Shown here piece by piece: positions 8,191-17,735 of a DNA stretch of 35,399 nucleotides. Made by a program: the position numbers and the translations under genes. The stretch comes from a virus: IMG/VR virus record IMGVR_UViG_3300017769_000046, positions 1 through 35,399 of that record. One strand, written 5' to 3'. Numbering within the stretch: the first letter of the stretch is position 1; every line of letters starts with the position of its first letter. The notes under the pieces were generated by a model that was given only the letters and a program-made list of their open reading frames with translations, had not been told where the DNA came from and did no database searches.

Positions 8191-10499
8191 TATATCGAGG
8201 TTGAATTATTTAATAAATCCTGTTGACCCCTGTTGACTGCAACCGCTAACCCAGCTCTGTCTATGTTTACATCAACTGTTGGTGCGGCCTGATTCGTTAT
8301 GGGTGAACTAGGCAGGAAACTAACGCTTTGAGTGAACTGAGGAGCCTCTTGCCCTGCGTCTCCTGCGCCACTAGAGGCGCCACCACCACCACCTGCTCCA
8401 CCGCCCCCACCACCAAACTTGGCGGCTTTTATCTTCGCTAATTGTATAGCACCTAATGTTGCGGCAAATGCTACCTTCCCTGCCGAAGGTAAACTTGCAG
8501 TTATGGCTTTTGCGGTGTTTATAAGGGTTTCTGCAATAGCGGATCTTTTCTCTACTAAAAACTGTTTCTTTCTAATAGCCTCTAACTGTTTAGCAGATGC
8601 GCCCCTAGCCTTCGCTACCTGTAACTCACTCTTGAGTTCTGTTTTTCTTAAAGAAGTTATACCCTTGGTAAACTTTCCTGCCATATCTAATGCATCAATA
8701 AAATCTTCTTTACGACCATCATCATCAGCAGAATCATCACCCTCTATCAACTCTTTTCTTTTAGCTATAAAGTCTTCTAAAAGTTGTATTCGGTTAGCAA
8801 ATGTTGCGGCATCTGCATCTGTAACGGCATTAAGAAATTTTGTATTTAATTCTTTAATAGCTTCTTGAGCGAGGGCTATACTATTTGCTGCAGGATCTAA
8901 ATCTAGGTCAAGAGCCCCACTTATAGTATCATTTATTTCCTTGAAAGGGTCACCTACAGTAGTAAACATTTGCTCCATCTCAGTCACCATACCATTTACA
9001 GTGCTAAACATATTCTCTATAAATATAGGGGCATCCTTAAATCCATCTCCTAACTCTAAATCAACAGGTACCTCCATTTTAACACTTTCTCTAGCTAACT
9101 GTTCCGCACTTATACTTACACCATCCCTAGTTTCAGCAGCAAAATTTGCTATCATAGCATCAAGTTCGTCCATGTTATCAGCTAGAACAATCTCAGGTTC
9201 TACATTTAGACTAGCCCTCAAAGCGTCTATAAAACCCTCCTTTTGAAGCTTTAAACCAGCTAAACGTTGTGCATTGATTTCATCGGTTATATCTTCGTTA
9301 ATTTCAAGTATTTCATCATCTGTTTTTTCAATTTCAGCTTTAACGCTTTTAATTTCTTGTTCAATATCTAAAATTTCTTGTTTACTTCGTTTTAAGTCTT
9401 CAGAAGTAACAATTTCACCATTATGTAAAATCCTGAATCTATGTGCCGTTTTTAAGTTCTCTCTTTCTTGTTTAGCTTGTTCTAGTAAAATAGGCAAAGA
9501 AGCTTCATCTAATTTATTTGCCTCCTGTTTACCTTCAAGAATGTCAAGTAACAATTCTTTTTGACCTTTAAGACCCTCTATACCTAAATCAAATGCGCCA
9601 GTTTGCGCAATTATTTCAGCCGTTCTTCTAGCATCATCATTTAATTCTTCAAGTGCCTTTTCTAAATCCTCTGCTGATTCTTTGTTTTTACCTAATATTT
9701 GAGGCAACACAGTGGCTGCTGTAACTATTAGGTTTATAGCTATAAGAAGACCGCCAGGACCCATCAAAGATGCACCTAAAGCCTTAAAAGCATTTTTTAA
9801 ACCACCAGTTTTAGTGGTTAAGTTTCCCATTAGTTCAAAGGTAAAACCAATGTTGTTACCAATGGCTCGCATACCTTGAGCAAATCCTTGAGTAAATTGA
9901 GCAGAATCTTGAAGACCATCACTAAAAGAAAACAATGTTTGGTTGGCCGTAGAGAAGGCTTTATTGTTTGATGTTACACCTTTGCCTAATTTTTTCTTGG
10001 CTCTTGCTAATCTTTGAGTGGCTGTTAGTAACTCTTCAGTTTCTTGTTCCTGACCTTGAAGGGCAGCCCTACCTCTCTGAAGTACAGCTATCAATTCTTT
10101 TTCTTGATTCTCAAGCCTTGCTGATTGACCAAGTAGTTTGGTACGTTCAGCAGTGTTTAGCTTATTACTTTGAATAAACTTATCTAAACTAATCTTTTCT
10201 TCTCGTATCTGCTTTATCCTAGCACGAGCCTCTAGGTTTGTCTTGGCTATAGTCCTTAACTCATTTTTAGTAGCCTTTAATTTATTATTTATAGATGTTT
10301 TTACCTTATTATTGGAGGCTATAAATAGTCCATTCTTCTCTACTATACCCTTGACCTCTTCACCAAGTTTACCAGTAGACCTATTGGTTTCGTTTACCGC
10401 ATCATTTAATTCAGTTAAGGATTTGGCTGCGCCTGCCCCCCCTAAATCATCAATTTTAGAGGCAATCTTAAACTTAATATTATAAATTAAATCGGGCAT
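8190..10499 (-). CDS. tail tape measure protein
   Basis: 769 aa, long coiled-coil-like E/K/L/Q-rich sequence, hydrophobic central segment (GPGGLLIAINLIVTAATVLPQIL) and a Gly-rich tract (GGGGGGAGGGGGASSGAG). It lies directly after the frameshifted chaperone pair. Confidence 0.85.
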   Translation of the reverse strand: MPDLIYNIKFKIASKIDDLGGAGAAKSLTELNDAVNETNRSTGKLGEEVKGIVEKNGLFIASNNKVKTSINNKLKATKNELRTIAKTNLEARARIKQIREEKISLDKFIQSNKLNTAERTKLLGQSARLENQEKELIAVLQRGRAALQGQEQETEELLTATQRLARAKKKLGKGVTSNNKAFSTANQTLFSFSDGLQDSAQFTQGFAQGMRAIGNNIGFTFELMGNLTTKTGGLKNAFKALGASLMGPGGLLIAINLIVTAATVLPQILGKNKESAEDLEKALEELNDDARRTAEIIAQTGAFDLGIEGLKGQKELLLDILEGKQEANKLDEASLPILLEQAKQERENLKTAHRFRILHNGEIVTSEDLKRSKQEILDIEQEIKSVKAEIEKTDDEILEINEDITDEINAQRLAGLKLQKEGFIDALRASLNVEPEIVLADNMDELDAMIANFAAETRDGVSISAEQLARESVKMEVPVDLELGDGFKDAPIFIENMFSTVNGMVTEMEQMFTTVGDPFKEINDTISGALDLDLDPAANSIALAQEAIKELNTKFLNAVTDADAATFANRIQLLEDFIAKRKELIEGDDSADDDGRKEDFIDALDMAGKFTKGITSLRKTELKSELQVAKARGASAKQLEAIRKKQFLVEKRSAIAETLINTAKAITASLPSAGKVAFAATLGAIQLAKIKAAKFGGGGGGAGGGGGASSGAGDAGQEAPQFTQSVSFLPSSPITNQAAPTVDVNIDRAGLAVAVNRGQQDLLNNSTSI

Positions 10500-10501
10500 A
10501 T

Positions 10502-11091
10502 TTATTTTTCCTTAGGTCTATGATAGGCCTCACGAGCCATCATAGCTTGTGTTATATCCTCTATTGAACACTTGGCTTCAAGTTCCTTTGCTCGCAGTGG
10601 ATCAAAGTCGGCAAGAACGTAACAGTAATAAACGTACGCTCCGCCAACTTCAATCACTAGGTCATTAGGTGCGAGCAGGTCTAATGACTCTAAGCTACTC
10701 CGACTCCATCTATAGGTACTTGACGCCTGTTCGTAAAAAAATCCCACGCTTCCTCAAGCGTCCCCAACTCTAGTTCGTCAGATTTCCATACCTTACTATC
10801 TATAGGAGCCTCTAGTTTCATGGAGTGTTCTGCGGTAAACTTACAGTACTCAGCACGAAACTCTTCATCCAACTTCCAATCATTTATAGCCTGAAGGTCT
10901 TCCACGCTATAATCGTCAATGGTTGTATCGTCATTAATCAACTTCTTATAGGTCTTAGGATGTTTTGCCTTGTACCAATTAAGAAGCATTTGTCTTCTTT
11001 CTTCTACTATCTTATCAAAACGAATAGGGGTCGGTTTGACTTCAAACGCAACCCCCATAAATTCGCCCTGAACTTTTGTTATACGTCCCAT
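10502..11091 (-). CDS. tail assembly chaperone GT-like fusion made by a -1 programmed frameshift (119 aa + 77 aa = 196 aa predicted)
   Basis: The -1-frame ORF 10502..10747 has no convincing start of its own (GTG inside the overlap). Slippery heptamer T_TTT_TTT is in phase (codons GAT TTT TTT ACG). The stop lies 2 nt before the tape-measure ATG. Confidence 0.65.
10690..11091 (-). CDS. tail assembly chaperone (G-like, zero-frame product)
   Basis: 133-aa ORF between the tube-like protein and the tape measure. It overlaps a -1-frame ORF at a T7 run. Confidence 0.75.
   Translation of the reverse strand: MGRITKVQGEFMGVAFEVKPTPIRFDKIVEERRQMLLNWYKAKHPKTYKKLINDDTTIDDYSVEDLQAINDWKLDEEFRAEYCKFTAEHSMKLEAPIDSKVWKSDELELGTLEEAWDFFTNRRQVPIDGVGVA
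10735..10741 (-). promoter_or_regulatory. -1 programmed ribosomal frameshift slippery site U_UUU_UUU
   Basis: Seven A on the plus strand at 10735-10741. Phase check: 11091-10743 = 348 = 3 x 116, so the codons are GA[T TTT TTT]. Confidence 0.65.
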
Positions 11092-11115
11092 AAATTGCTC
11101 GCTTTATTTTAGGGT

Positions 11116-12027
11116 TTATGTGTTAAATTCTTGAAAGTTATAATCTGATGTTGTTGCTGTTCCAGATGTTATCTGTAACGATGGTTTTTTGATTTTTATA
11201 TCTGACTCTCCTTTTATATTAAAGGCCACCTCAACATGATGAGTGGCAGCTGGAAGAGTCAGTGTCGCTAACTTAACACCAGTGCTAGTAAGATTCACTG
11301 ATGAAGCAACCCCAACTGTTGAACCACTAGAATTTTTTGCGGTCAATGTCATTGTTGGGATTGGATCAACATCTGTAGCATCTGTTACCTCTACAAAAGC
11401 AGTTAGTTGCTTCCCTTCAAATGGGAAGTATACCTTGTGAGTAAAGGTCGCTGTAGCTGATGTAGCCGCATCATTTTTTAACCTTTGTTTTTCATTACCT
11501 GAATTGAAAGTAGATGTACTCGTCAAGGTAGTTCCTGCCACAGTCCAGTTAGCTGCCCTTGATGGTGATCCTACACCCAACCACTTATACAATGAAAACC
11601 CATTTTTAGTATACGACATAGAAGCTGAGTGTTCCCCAGTTGTGCTATTGTATCCCCCAATAGATTCCCTAGGGCTGTTGAACCTGAAAGAAAGGTTATC
11701 CTCAAATCCCTCCGCCTTTGTCAAGGTTCCCTCAGCCTGAAGTATTAATCCATCCACACTAAACCCTGTAAACACAAGATTAGTCTGATTGTCGACCCAT
11801 GTTTTTAATTGAGTGGCTGTAGAACTATCATATAAACCAGTCAGAGTTATATTGTATACTTTGCTTGTTATAACTTCTCTGTTATTTTCTATGATAGCAG
11901 TATTCGCCTCAATAGATATTACTTGCCTTGATGCCTCAGCAGCACCTTCCTGAACCACAGAAAACGTTTTAGTTTCACTAAGTGCAGAAGTATTGACAAG
12001 TGCTAACTTGTTTAATTGTGCTGGCAT
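11116..12027 (-). CDS. major tail (tube) protein, putative
   Basis: 303-aa ORF immediately upstream of the G/GT chaperones, which is the canonical siphovirus order. S/T-rich C-terminal half. Confidence 0.55.
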   Translation of the reverse strand: MPAQLNKLALVNTSALSETKTFSVVQEGAAEASRQVISIEANTAIIENNREVITSKVYNITLTGLYDSSTATQLKTWVDNQTNLVFTGFSVDGLILQAEGTLTKAEGFEDNLSFRFNSPRESIGGYNSTTGEHSASMSYTKNGFSLYKWLGVGSPSRAANWTVAGTTLTSTSTFNSGNEKQRLKNDAATSATATFTHKVYFPFEGKQLTAFVEVTDATDVDPIPTMTLTAKNSSGSTVGVASSVNLTSTGVKLATLTLPAATHHVEVAFNIKGESDIKIKKPSLQITSGTATTSDYNFQEFNT

Positions 12028-12038
12028 GATAAAATATA

Positions 12039-12461
12039 TTATGGGTTAGATACAACGATAGCTGCTTCACTATCAACGTCAGATGCTTGTGCTATTAGTA
12101 CGGTTTCTAGTCTTCCGTTCTCAAAAGACCTGTGACCCATGATGTATGTGGTAGCAGTAGTTAAGCTATGACTTCCAGTTGCACCAACTAATCGTAGCTT
12201 ACCCTCAGTTGGAGTGCTTCCATTTTTTGATACAAATGGACTAGCTAGTATATCAGTGCTTCCACCATCTTGGTTAGTGTTTGTTGACCTAACAACTATT
12301 CTTCCAGTAAATGACTCGAAGATTTCCCTGTTGTTTTGAACATTGACAGTATCTGGCTCTAAGGTTGGCTCAGCGCCCTCGACTGTTATATTGCTTACCG
12401 TAAATTGAGAAGCACCAGAAGAGTTTAATACTTCTGCCTTGTTAAATATTAGTTTTGCCAT
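12039..12461 (-). CDS. tail tube-like / tail structural protein (N-terminus resembles 11116..12027)
   Basis: 140 aa. Shares K..(L/V)(V/L)N(S/T)S, EGA and NNRE(I/V) blocks with the next gene. Confidence 0.45.
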   Translation of the reverse strand: MAKLIFNKAEVLNSSGASQFTVSNITVEGAEPTLEPDTVNVQNNREIFESFTGRIVVRSTNTNQDGGSTDILASPFVSKNGSTPTEGKLRLVGATGSHSLTTATTYIMGHRSFENGRLETVLIAQASDVDSEAAIVVSNP

Positions 12462-12476
12462 TTTTTTATGTTTGTT

Positions 12477-12932
12477 TTAGGATATTTTAATTATACTTTG
12501 AAAATTCACATTTGTTGACAGAAACCCATTATCTTCGTCTATTGAGTCTACACCAGTTAATTGTATCGTGTACACATCAGATGTTATGGTTGTTGCCACT
12601 GTCGTATCTGCCCAGTCAATAAGTTGGTCTGTAAGTTCTAGCATTCTATCATAAGAAGTATCTTTTCCACTATGTGTGTTCGCCTGTTCTATATAAACTA
12701 TAGCTTCAAAGTTCTGTGTTAGTTCTAAAGGCTTGTCAGCTTGCACTAAAACATCTGTTGACCCACCTAATAACTTAAACACAACAACTTCAGTTATAAT
12801 ATCTCCACGCCTCCTAATATCTAGATTACTACCACTAAATTTCAATACCTTTTCTGCGGTAGGTCTACTATCTGAAGATGAGTAACTACTAAAGCTTGTT
12901 ATGTACCCACTAAGTATTGCGTTTCTATCCAT
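12477..12932 (-). CDS. head-tail joining / tail completion protein (putative)
   Basis: 151-aa ORF, stop/start coupled with its neighbour, positioned between the capsid and tube genes. Confidence 0.4.
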   Translation of the reverse strand: MDRNAILSGYITSFSSYSSSDSRPTAEKVLKFSGSNLDIRRRGDIITEVVVFKLLGGSTDVLVQADKPLELTQNFEAIVYIEQANTHSGKDTSYDRMLELTDQLIDWADTTVATTITSDVYTIQLTGVDSIDEDNGFLSTNVNFQSIIKIS

Positions 12933-13444
12933 TATCCTACAGTTAAAGACCCCTTAGATGTGTTGCCTATATTTATAAATAAATCAGCCTTTATAGTCCT
13001 TGGCTCACTTAATAACTCAAGAATAATATCTTTTACGTCATCTATATTACCCTGCTGTTCAGTTGATCCTGAATCCTCCTCAATAGGAAACTGCCTTCTT
13101 TGTGGTACACGATTACCCTCTTCATGGTCCCTCATGTAGCCACCTACACGTGCGCTATTATACCCAAAACTAACACCTCTTTTTTTAGTTTGGTACATAA
13201 AGTCTTCCTCAGCAGTACCAGTATATAAAAAATCGGGTATAGGTTTTCGCCCTATATTTTCTTTATAGTCAGCGTAACTATCAACTAAACCAAACCTTCT
13301 ATTGCCATCAGGCTCTAAGGCTTGCTGATTCATTCGATTAATAGAGAACTCATATTCTCTACCCACCTCATTCATTGACTCTTTGAATTTATTAGAGTTT
13401 AATTGAGACCTAACATCCTTTAATATAATGGAAGATAGTTTCAT
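12932..13444 (-). CDS. head-tail joining protein (putative)
   Basis: 170-aa ORF, ATG overlaps the upstream stop. Call from position only. Confidence 0.4.
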   Translation of the reverse strand: MKLSSIILKDVRSQLNSNKFKESMNEVGREYEFSINRMNQQALEPDGNRRFGLVDSYADYKENIGRKPIPDFLYTGTAEEDFMYQTKKRGVSFGYNSARVGGYMRDHEEGNRVPQRRQFPIEEDSGSTEQQGNIDDVKDIILELLSEPRTIKADLFINIGNTSKGSLTVG

Positions 13445-13899
13445 TAGTATAAACTCATGAATCTTACTCTTGGGGTAGTCTTGGGCTTAGACAGTAAACC
13501 ACTAAGCCTTCTAAGATTAGCTGTAAGATATTGGTTGTACATGGCGTAATACTTTCTAGCTTTTTCATAAGAGTAGCTGTCTCTATGTGTAGCGTCTTGA
13601 GCAAACCATAATTCAAGAAATTTAAAACTCAACAAATCAATAAGAAGTTCTTCAGAATCTGCGGCATAAACAGCATCTAACAACGCAGTCTCTGTAGCGT
13701 AGGTAGAGTCATTTATGTATTCACGCAAATTGTCAAGAATATCCGTTTTAAGGAGTTTAATTGCCTTGGCTAGTATTAGGTTGTCCTTTTCTGATAGGTT
13801 CAACGCTGTAGTGCCAGCAGTCACGTTTATACCCTTAAAGGTAAGTTCTTCTAGTGCGTCAATGTTATTTCTAGTAAGGGTAAGACTGCTAAACGCCAT
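13444..13899 (-). CDS. head-tail adaptor/connector protein (putative)
   Basis: 151-aa mostly helical-looking ORF downstream of the capsid gene. Call from position only. Confidence 0.4.
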   Translation of the reverse strand: MAFSSLTLTRNNIDALEELTFKGINVTAGTTALNLSEKDNLILAKAIKLLKTDILDNLREYINDSTYATETALLDAVYAADSEELLIDLLSFKFLELWFAQDATHRDSYSYEKARKYYAMYNQYLTANLRRLSGLLSKPKTTPRVRFMSLY

Positions 13900-14078
13900 T
13901 ATTTTTCACCTTTGATTCTTTTCCATTCATAATACCATTTCATGGTCATGTAACCTAGAGTTACTAAACCTACAAGTATAGAGATTACTGTAGATACTTG
14001 TTGCAGGGTGATGCTCGAAACTAAACCGAACATACCGATCATTGCTTTTGAGTCCATTATGTCTTCTAGGCTAATCAT
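13899..14078 (-). CDS. small two-TM membrane protein (holin-like topology)
   Basis: MISLEDIMDSKAMIGMFGLVSSITLQQVSTVISILVGLVTLGYMTMKWYYEWKRIKGEK has two hydrophobic stretches and a basic tail. The track start at 14099 lies inside the terminator hairpin, so I prefer the ATG at 14078. Confidence 0.5.
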   Translation of the reverse strand: MISLEDIMDSKAMIGMFGLVSSITLQQVSTVISILVGLVTLGYMTMKWYYEWKRIKGEK

Positions 14079-14081
14079 AAT

Positions 14082-14109
14082 AAAAAGAGAGCCGCGCAAT
14101 GCGACTCTC
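14082..14109 (-). terminator. rho-independent terminator just after the major capsid gene
   Basis: The minus strand reads GAGAGTCGC-ATTGC-GCGGCTCTC followed by TTTTTATT: a 9-bp stem (one G.U pair) and a 5-nt loop, 9 nt after the capsid stop at 14118. Confidence 0.75.
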
Positions 14110-14117
14110 CTTTAAAA

Positions 14118-15311
14118 TTAGGCCTTAGCTACGTTGCCTCGAATATAACGCCCACCTAGGTCTGGTCTGAATACTTTCGCTCCGTAAAGAACTTCAATAA
14201 GTACATCAGCACCTGACTTGGTTTCTTCTATAGTCAAAGTGTAGTTTACGTTGTTCATTGGCTCAAAACCAGCAGCTCTACGAACACCAGAACCTGAACC
14301 GCTATCTACTGAAGGCATAACCGCAGTAACTAGGGCAAGGGCAGATGGGTCATAGAAGAACTGCTCACGACCAGTGTCACCTGAAGCAATATCAACTGGG
14401 TTGATAGTAGCGTTGTTGGCGAGCGCTTTTCGTAATGGCTCTTTGATGGTTAATACAGTACCAGTTTGGCTTTCTACAGTGTAGAAGTCATCAGTACCTT
14501 TAGCAGAACCGAAAGTAACAATGTCACCCTCAGCTAGAGATACAGTTGCTGCAGAACCACTACCATTGTCGATAGTTAATGCAGTTTGACCGATAGCTTC
14601 TGTGGCTGCAAGAACAGCGTCAGTTACAGTAGCTGCTGTGTGGTCACTTCCTTCGTTATCTACGAAGAAGTCAAAACCATAAGCACGAGCCATAGATCCG
14701 CCCAACTGAATGTCAGCAGAACCACGTTGGTCAGCTTGTTGGAATATGTTTAGTGTAGTAAGGTCTTTCTCTACAAATGGGTCAATAACCATCATTAGGT
14801 TATCAGTAGTGAACTTACGAGAAGCCATGATTTTTCTAGCTTCTGCAAGGTCATTAGCATCCATTACAGTAGAGTCAGTGTTGTTGTCAGCGAAAGCTAC
14901 TTCAAAAGCCTTACGAGCCTCAACCTTCACGTCACTATTGATTTGGTCAATAAGTTGGTGTAGTCTTGGCACGAAGTGCTGCTGTACTAAGTCAGGAAGG
15001 GCGAACTTTTGGTCAGCCTTGTCGATGCTGAATCCAGCATAGTAATGCTTGTTGATTACTAATTGCTCTTCACTAGCATTAGGGGTTCCTAAGCTATAGC
15101 TTCCTGAGTATGCACTAGGAGCGCCAGTAGGCTTTACTGCACGAGTAATACTTACAGTCTTGTTACGTGCTGCAACTAGACCTTCGATGGATGCGCCAGC
15201 TACGTTAGTAACGGCTTTGGATACCATTGGTCGGTTTGGGTACTGGTTAGCTAGTGCAACCTCAACAAACGCCTCTGGTTCGTAAATGGAAAAATTACTA
15301 TTAATTGCCAT
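14118..15311 (-). CDS. major capsid protein (P22-coat-like / HK97-fold, putative)
   Basis: 397 aa, lying after the scaffold-like ORF and followed by a terminator. Codon usage looks highly expressed. Motifs such as ARAYGFDFFVDNE and an inserted G/S/T-rich domain resemble P22-type coats (from memory). Confidence 0.75.
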   Translation of the reverse strand: MAINSNFSIYEPEAFVEVALANQYPNRPMVSKAVTNVAGASIEGLVAARNKTVSITRAVKPTGAPSAYSGSYSLGTPNASEEQLVINKHYYAGFSIDKADQKFALPDLVQQHFVPRLHQLIDQINSDVKVEARKAFEVAFADNNTDSTVMDANDLAEARKIMASRKFTTDNLMMVIDPFVEKDLTTLNIFQQADQRGSADIQLGGSMARAYGFDFFVDNEGSDHTAATVTDAVLAATEAIGQTALTIDNGSGSAATVSLAEGDIVTFGSAKGTDDFYTVESQTGTVLTIKEPLRKALANNATINPVDIASGDTGREQFFYDPSALALVTAVMPSVDSGSGSGVRRAAGFEPMNNVNYTLTIEETKSGADVLIEVLYGAKVFRPDLGGRYIRGNVAKA

Positions 15312-15415
15312 GTCTCTATAAAAGTTAAATTAAATGTTTGATTATATTTAGCTTTTGGGTCGCTATGACCAGAACATGACAATTAAGGTTTTGCCTAACC
15401 ATAATAAGGTGGTTT

Positions 15416-16159
15416 CTATGCTTGTTCAGCCCAACCGCCAGCTTGCTTCATGGTTGCATAAAGCTTTTCTGCCTTTGATCGGTCCTCTGGGCTAGACGAG
15501 CGCACAAGTTGTTGAAACTCTGCTCTACTAGGCCTTTCACTAGATGGAGTTCCACCAGTCGCTCCACCTACGCCCGACTTCTTGGGCTTTGCAAATTGTT
15601 TAGCAAACTCTACGAGTGAGTTTCCTACCGATTTTCTATTGCCTTGAACATCTAAGTCAGGTACCCCATTTCGTGTGGCATAAAACTGACCGTTGCTCTC
15701 CTCAATCTCGTATTCGTTATAGAACAGTTGTTCTATGTAATCTGTTTTGAGCGTCAACTCACTGTCTTGCTGCAAGGAACTAAACGCTGACTTAAATTCG
15801 GAACCTATACGGCTCTCCATTTGGGTTATCGCTAGTTGCTCTTTTGCGGCTTCTGCTTCTTGTTGGTACTGTTGCAACAATTCTCGCAACTGGTCTGCTT
15901 CGCCCTTATCCTCTTGCACAGGTTGCATTTTATTTGACAATAAAGAGAACGCATCATCGAGAGTATTGACATCATTACCTAAGATTTCAGAAAATTTGTT
16001 AATCATATCACGTTCGACTTTGCCCTTACCTTCATTGTAAGCGCCCCTAAAGAACTTGTCTTTATCGAACTCTGGTTGCTGTGTTTGTACGTTTTGAGAA
16101 GTTGTCTCTTCTGTTGTTGACTCAGGAGCGTCAACGGACTCTATGTTTTCTTCACTCAT
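15416..16159 (-). CDS. scaffolding protein (putative)
   Basis: 247 aa with an acidic N-terminus, Q/E/A-rich coiled-coil-like centre and basic C-terminus, located between portal and capsid. Confidence 0.6.
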   Translation of the reverse strand: MSEENIESVDAPESTTEETTSQNVQTQQPEFDKDKFFRGAYNEGKGKVERDMINKFSEILGNDVNTLDDAFSLLSNKMQPVQEDKGEADQLRELLQQYQQEAEAAKEQLAITQMESRIGSEFKSAFSSLQQDSELTLKTDYIEQLFYNEYEIEESNGQFYATRNGVPDLDVQGNRKSVGNSLVEFAKQFAKPKKSGVGGATGGTPSSERPSRAEFQQLVRSSSPEDRSKAEKLYATMKQAGGWAEQA

Positions 16160-16175
16160 AATGGTTATAAGTTAA

Positions 16176-17735
16176 TTATTGCTCACTGTTTGATTCAATA
16201 CCAAGTTGAACTTGTCTTGCAAGTTCTTCCTGAGGTAATATATCTAATAAATTACGTAAATCCGCAGAACTTTTCGGCATACCATATTCCTTGAAGTAAT
16301 TGGTAACCTCATCAATGTCCTCTTGAGGCATAGAGCGCTTCCTCATATACTCTGATGTCAATTTAACAAGTAACGGTAGAGGCATAGCCTTGTACTGCAT
16401 ACCCTCTGTAATATCTGAGAATATTTCTTGCGCACTAGACAAGTCATAATGCTTGCTGTAGGTAACAATATAGTTCTCAAAGTCCTCGTCACGAACCCTA
16501 GCCATCCTTCTAAGGACTTGATTTTCAATCATTTCCATATCCATGGCTGTAGAAGCTAATAACCCTTGCTCGTCTACATTATCAAACCTCTTAGCTGCTC
16601 CAGATACGTTACTCTTAACAAGAGACTTATCACGAACCATAGCCATAGAAAATATCAATGACATCAGGTCACCAAAGATAACATCCCTGAGATGTTGCAA
16701 GCCCTGCATATCGGCTTGGTACAACATATTGTTGGGTATCGTTTGGTCATCAGGTATGATAATCGCCATACCCACGCCCTCTTTGATTGTGCGTGAATCG
16801 TACTGGTCATCATCAGCGACACCTGCTAGGCTTCGCACAATAGAGTCAGTAAGAACAGGGATAGGATGACCGAATAGTTCCGACCCTTTTTTCAGGTCAT
16901 AAAACAATTCAGAACAAGCAAGATACATACCTTTCAAGCTGTATCGTCTAGGCTTACCAACTACAAACGAACTATTTGCATCTGTCTGACCCTTGAGTAG
17001 TGTAGCTGGAACCTCACCAAATGGGTTGTCTATTTCTAGCACCTTTTGCTTTATATTATTTTCTTGGGTATATACGCAGATATACTCAGGTGTATAGGCT
17101 GTCCATTTAAACTTCTTTATGTTCTGAACGTCATAATACATCTGACGAGTAACAAGAAGCGTCAATACGCCCTGCTTAACTTGGAAGTTAAATATTTCGT
17201 GAGGGCGCAAAACAAAGTTATAGGGAACCACGTTGCCGCTATCATCAAGGACTGGCTCACCTTCGTTGTCCATCATTAGGTCAGTAACTACCGCACCAAA
17301 GCCAAGAACCTCCTTCACAAACATTACCTTGTCACGATAGAACTCAGTAATAGAACAACCTGCGTCATCAAAGTTACCTGACTTATATTTCCAAAAGTCT
17401 TTGTTTTCAGGGAACATTCTGTTGACGTTGTTTTCGTCATATATCCTCTGTTGAGCAGCAAAAAACTTCTGCTCCAAAGGAAATAACTTCATTCTCTTCA
17501 GTCTTTCTCTATATTCGTCATCAGACTCAATAGTGGACTGCTCTATGATGTAGGACTTATCAGAAAATACTGTACTAGATATGGCTGTGTACTCATCGTA
17601 TTCAGCCTGAAACCAACTATTCATAATTTTAGCACGATCAAGGACCACGCTATAATATGGATGTCTAGTCTCTTTCATCACTATATCTTCAGCGACATCT
17701 TTGGGTACAGAGTAAATTTTAGATAAATCAATCAT
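16176..17735 (-). CDS. portal protein (putative)
   Basis: 519 aa, the largest ORF between terminase and scaffold. Called from size and synteny. Confidence 0.65.
   Translation of the reverse strand: MIDLSKIYSVPKDVAEDIVMKETRHPYYSVVLDRAKIMNSWFQAEYDEYTAISSTVFSDKSYIIEQSTIESDDEYRERLKRMKLFPLEQKFFAAQQRIYDENNVNRMFPENKDFWKYKSGNFDDAGCSITEFYRDKVMFVKEVLGFGAVVTDLMMDNEGEPVLDDSGNVVPYNFVLRPHEIFNFQVKQGVLTLLVTRQMYYDVQNIKKFKWTAYTPEYICVYTQENNIKQKVLEIDNPFGEVPATLLKGQTDANSSFVVGKPRRYSLKGMYLACSELFYDLKKGSELFGHPIPVLTDSIVRSLAGVADDDQYDSRTIKEGVGMAIIIPDDQTIPNNMLYQADMQGLQHLRDVIFGDLMSLIFSMAMVRDKSLVKSNVSGAAKRFDNVDEQGLLASTAMDMEMIENQVLRRMARVRDEDFENYIVTYSKHYDLSSAQEIFSDITEGMQYKAMPLPLLVKLTSEYMRKRSMPQEDIDEVTNYFKEYGMPKSSADLRNLLDILPQEELARQVQLGIESNSEQ

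Noticed and set aside
8419-10485. Plus-strand ORFs inside the tape-measure gene (8419..8868, 8941..9246, 9274..9564, 9968..10177, 10243..10485)
   Set aside because: They are antisense shadows of a coiled-coil, E/K/L-rich gene. They are S/L/I-rich with no start-site context.
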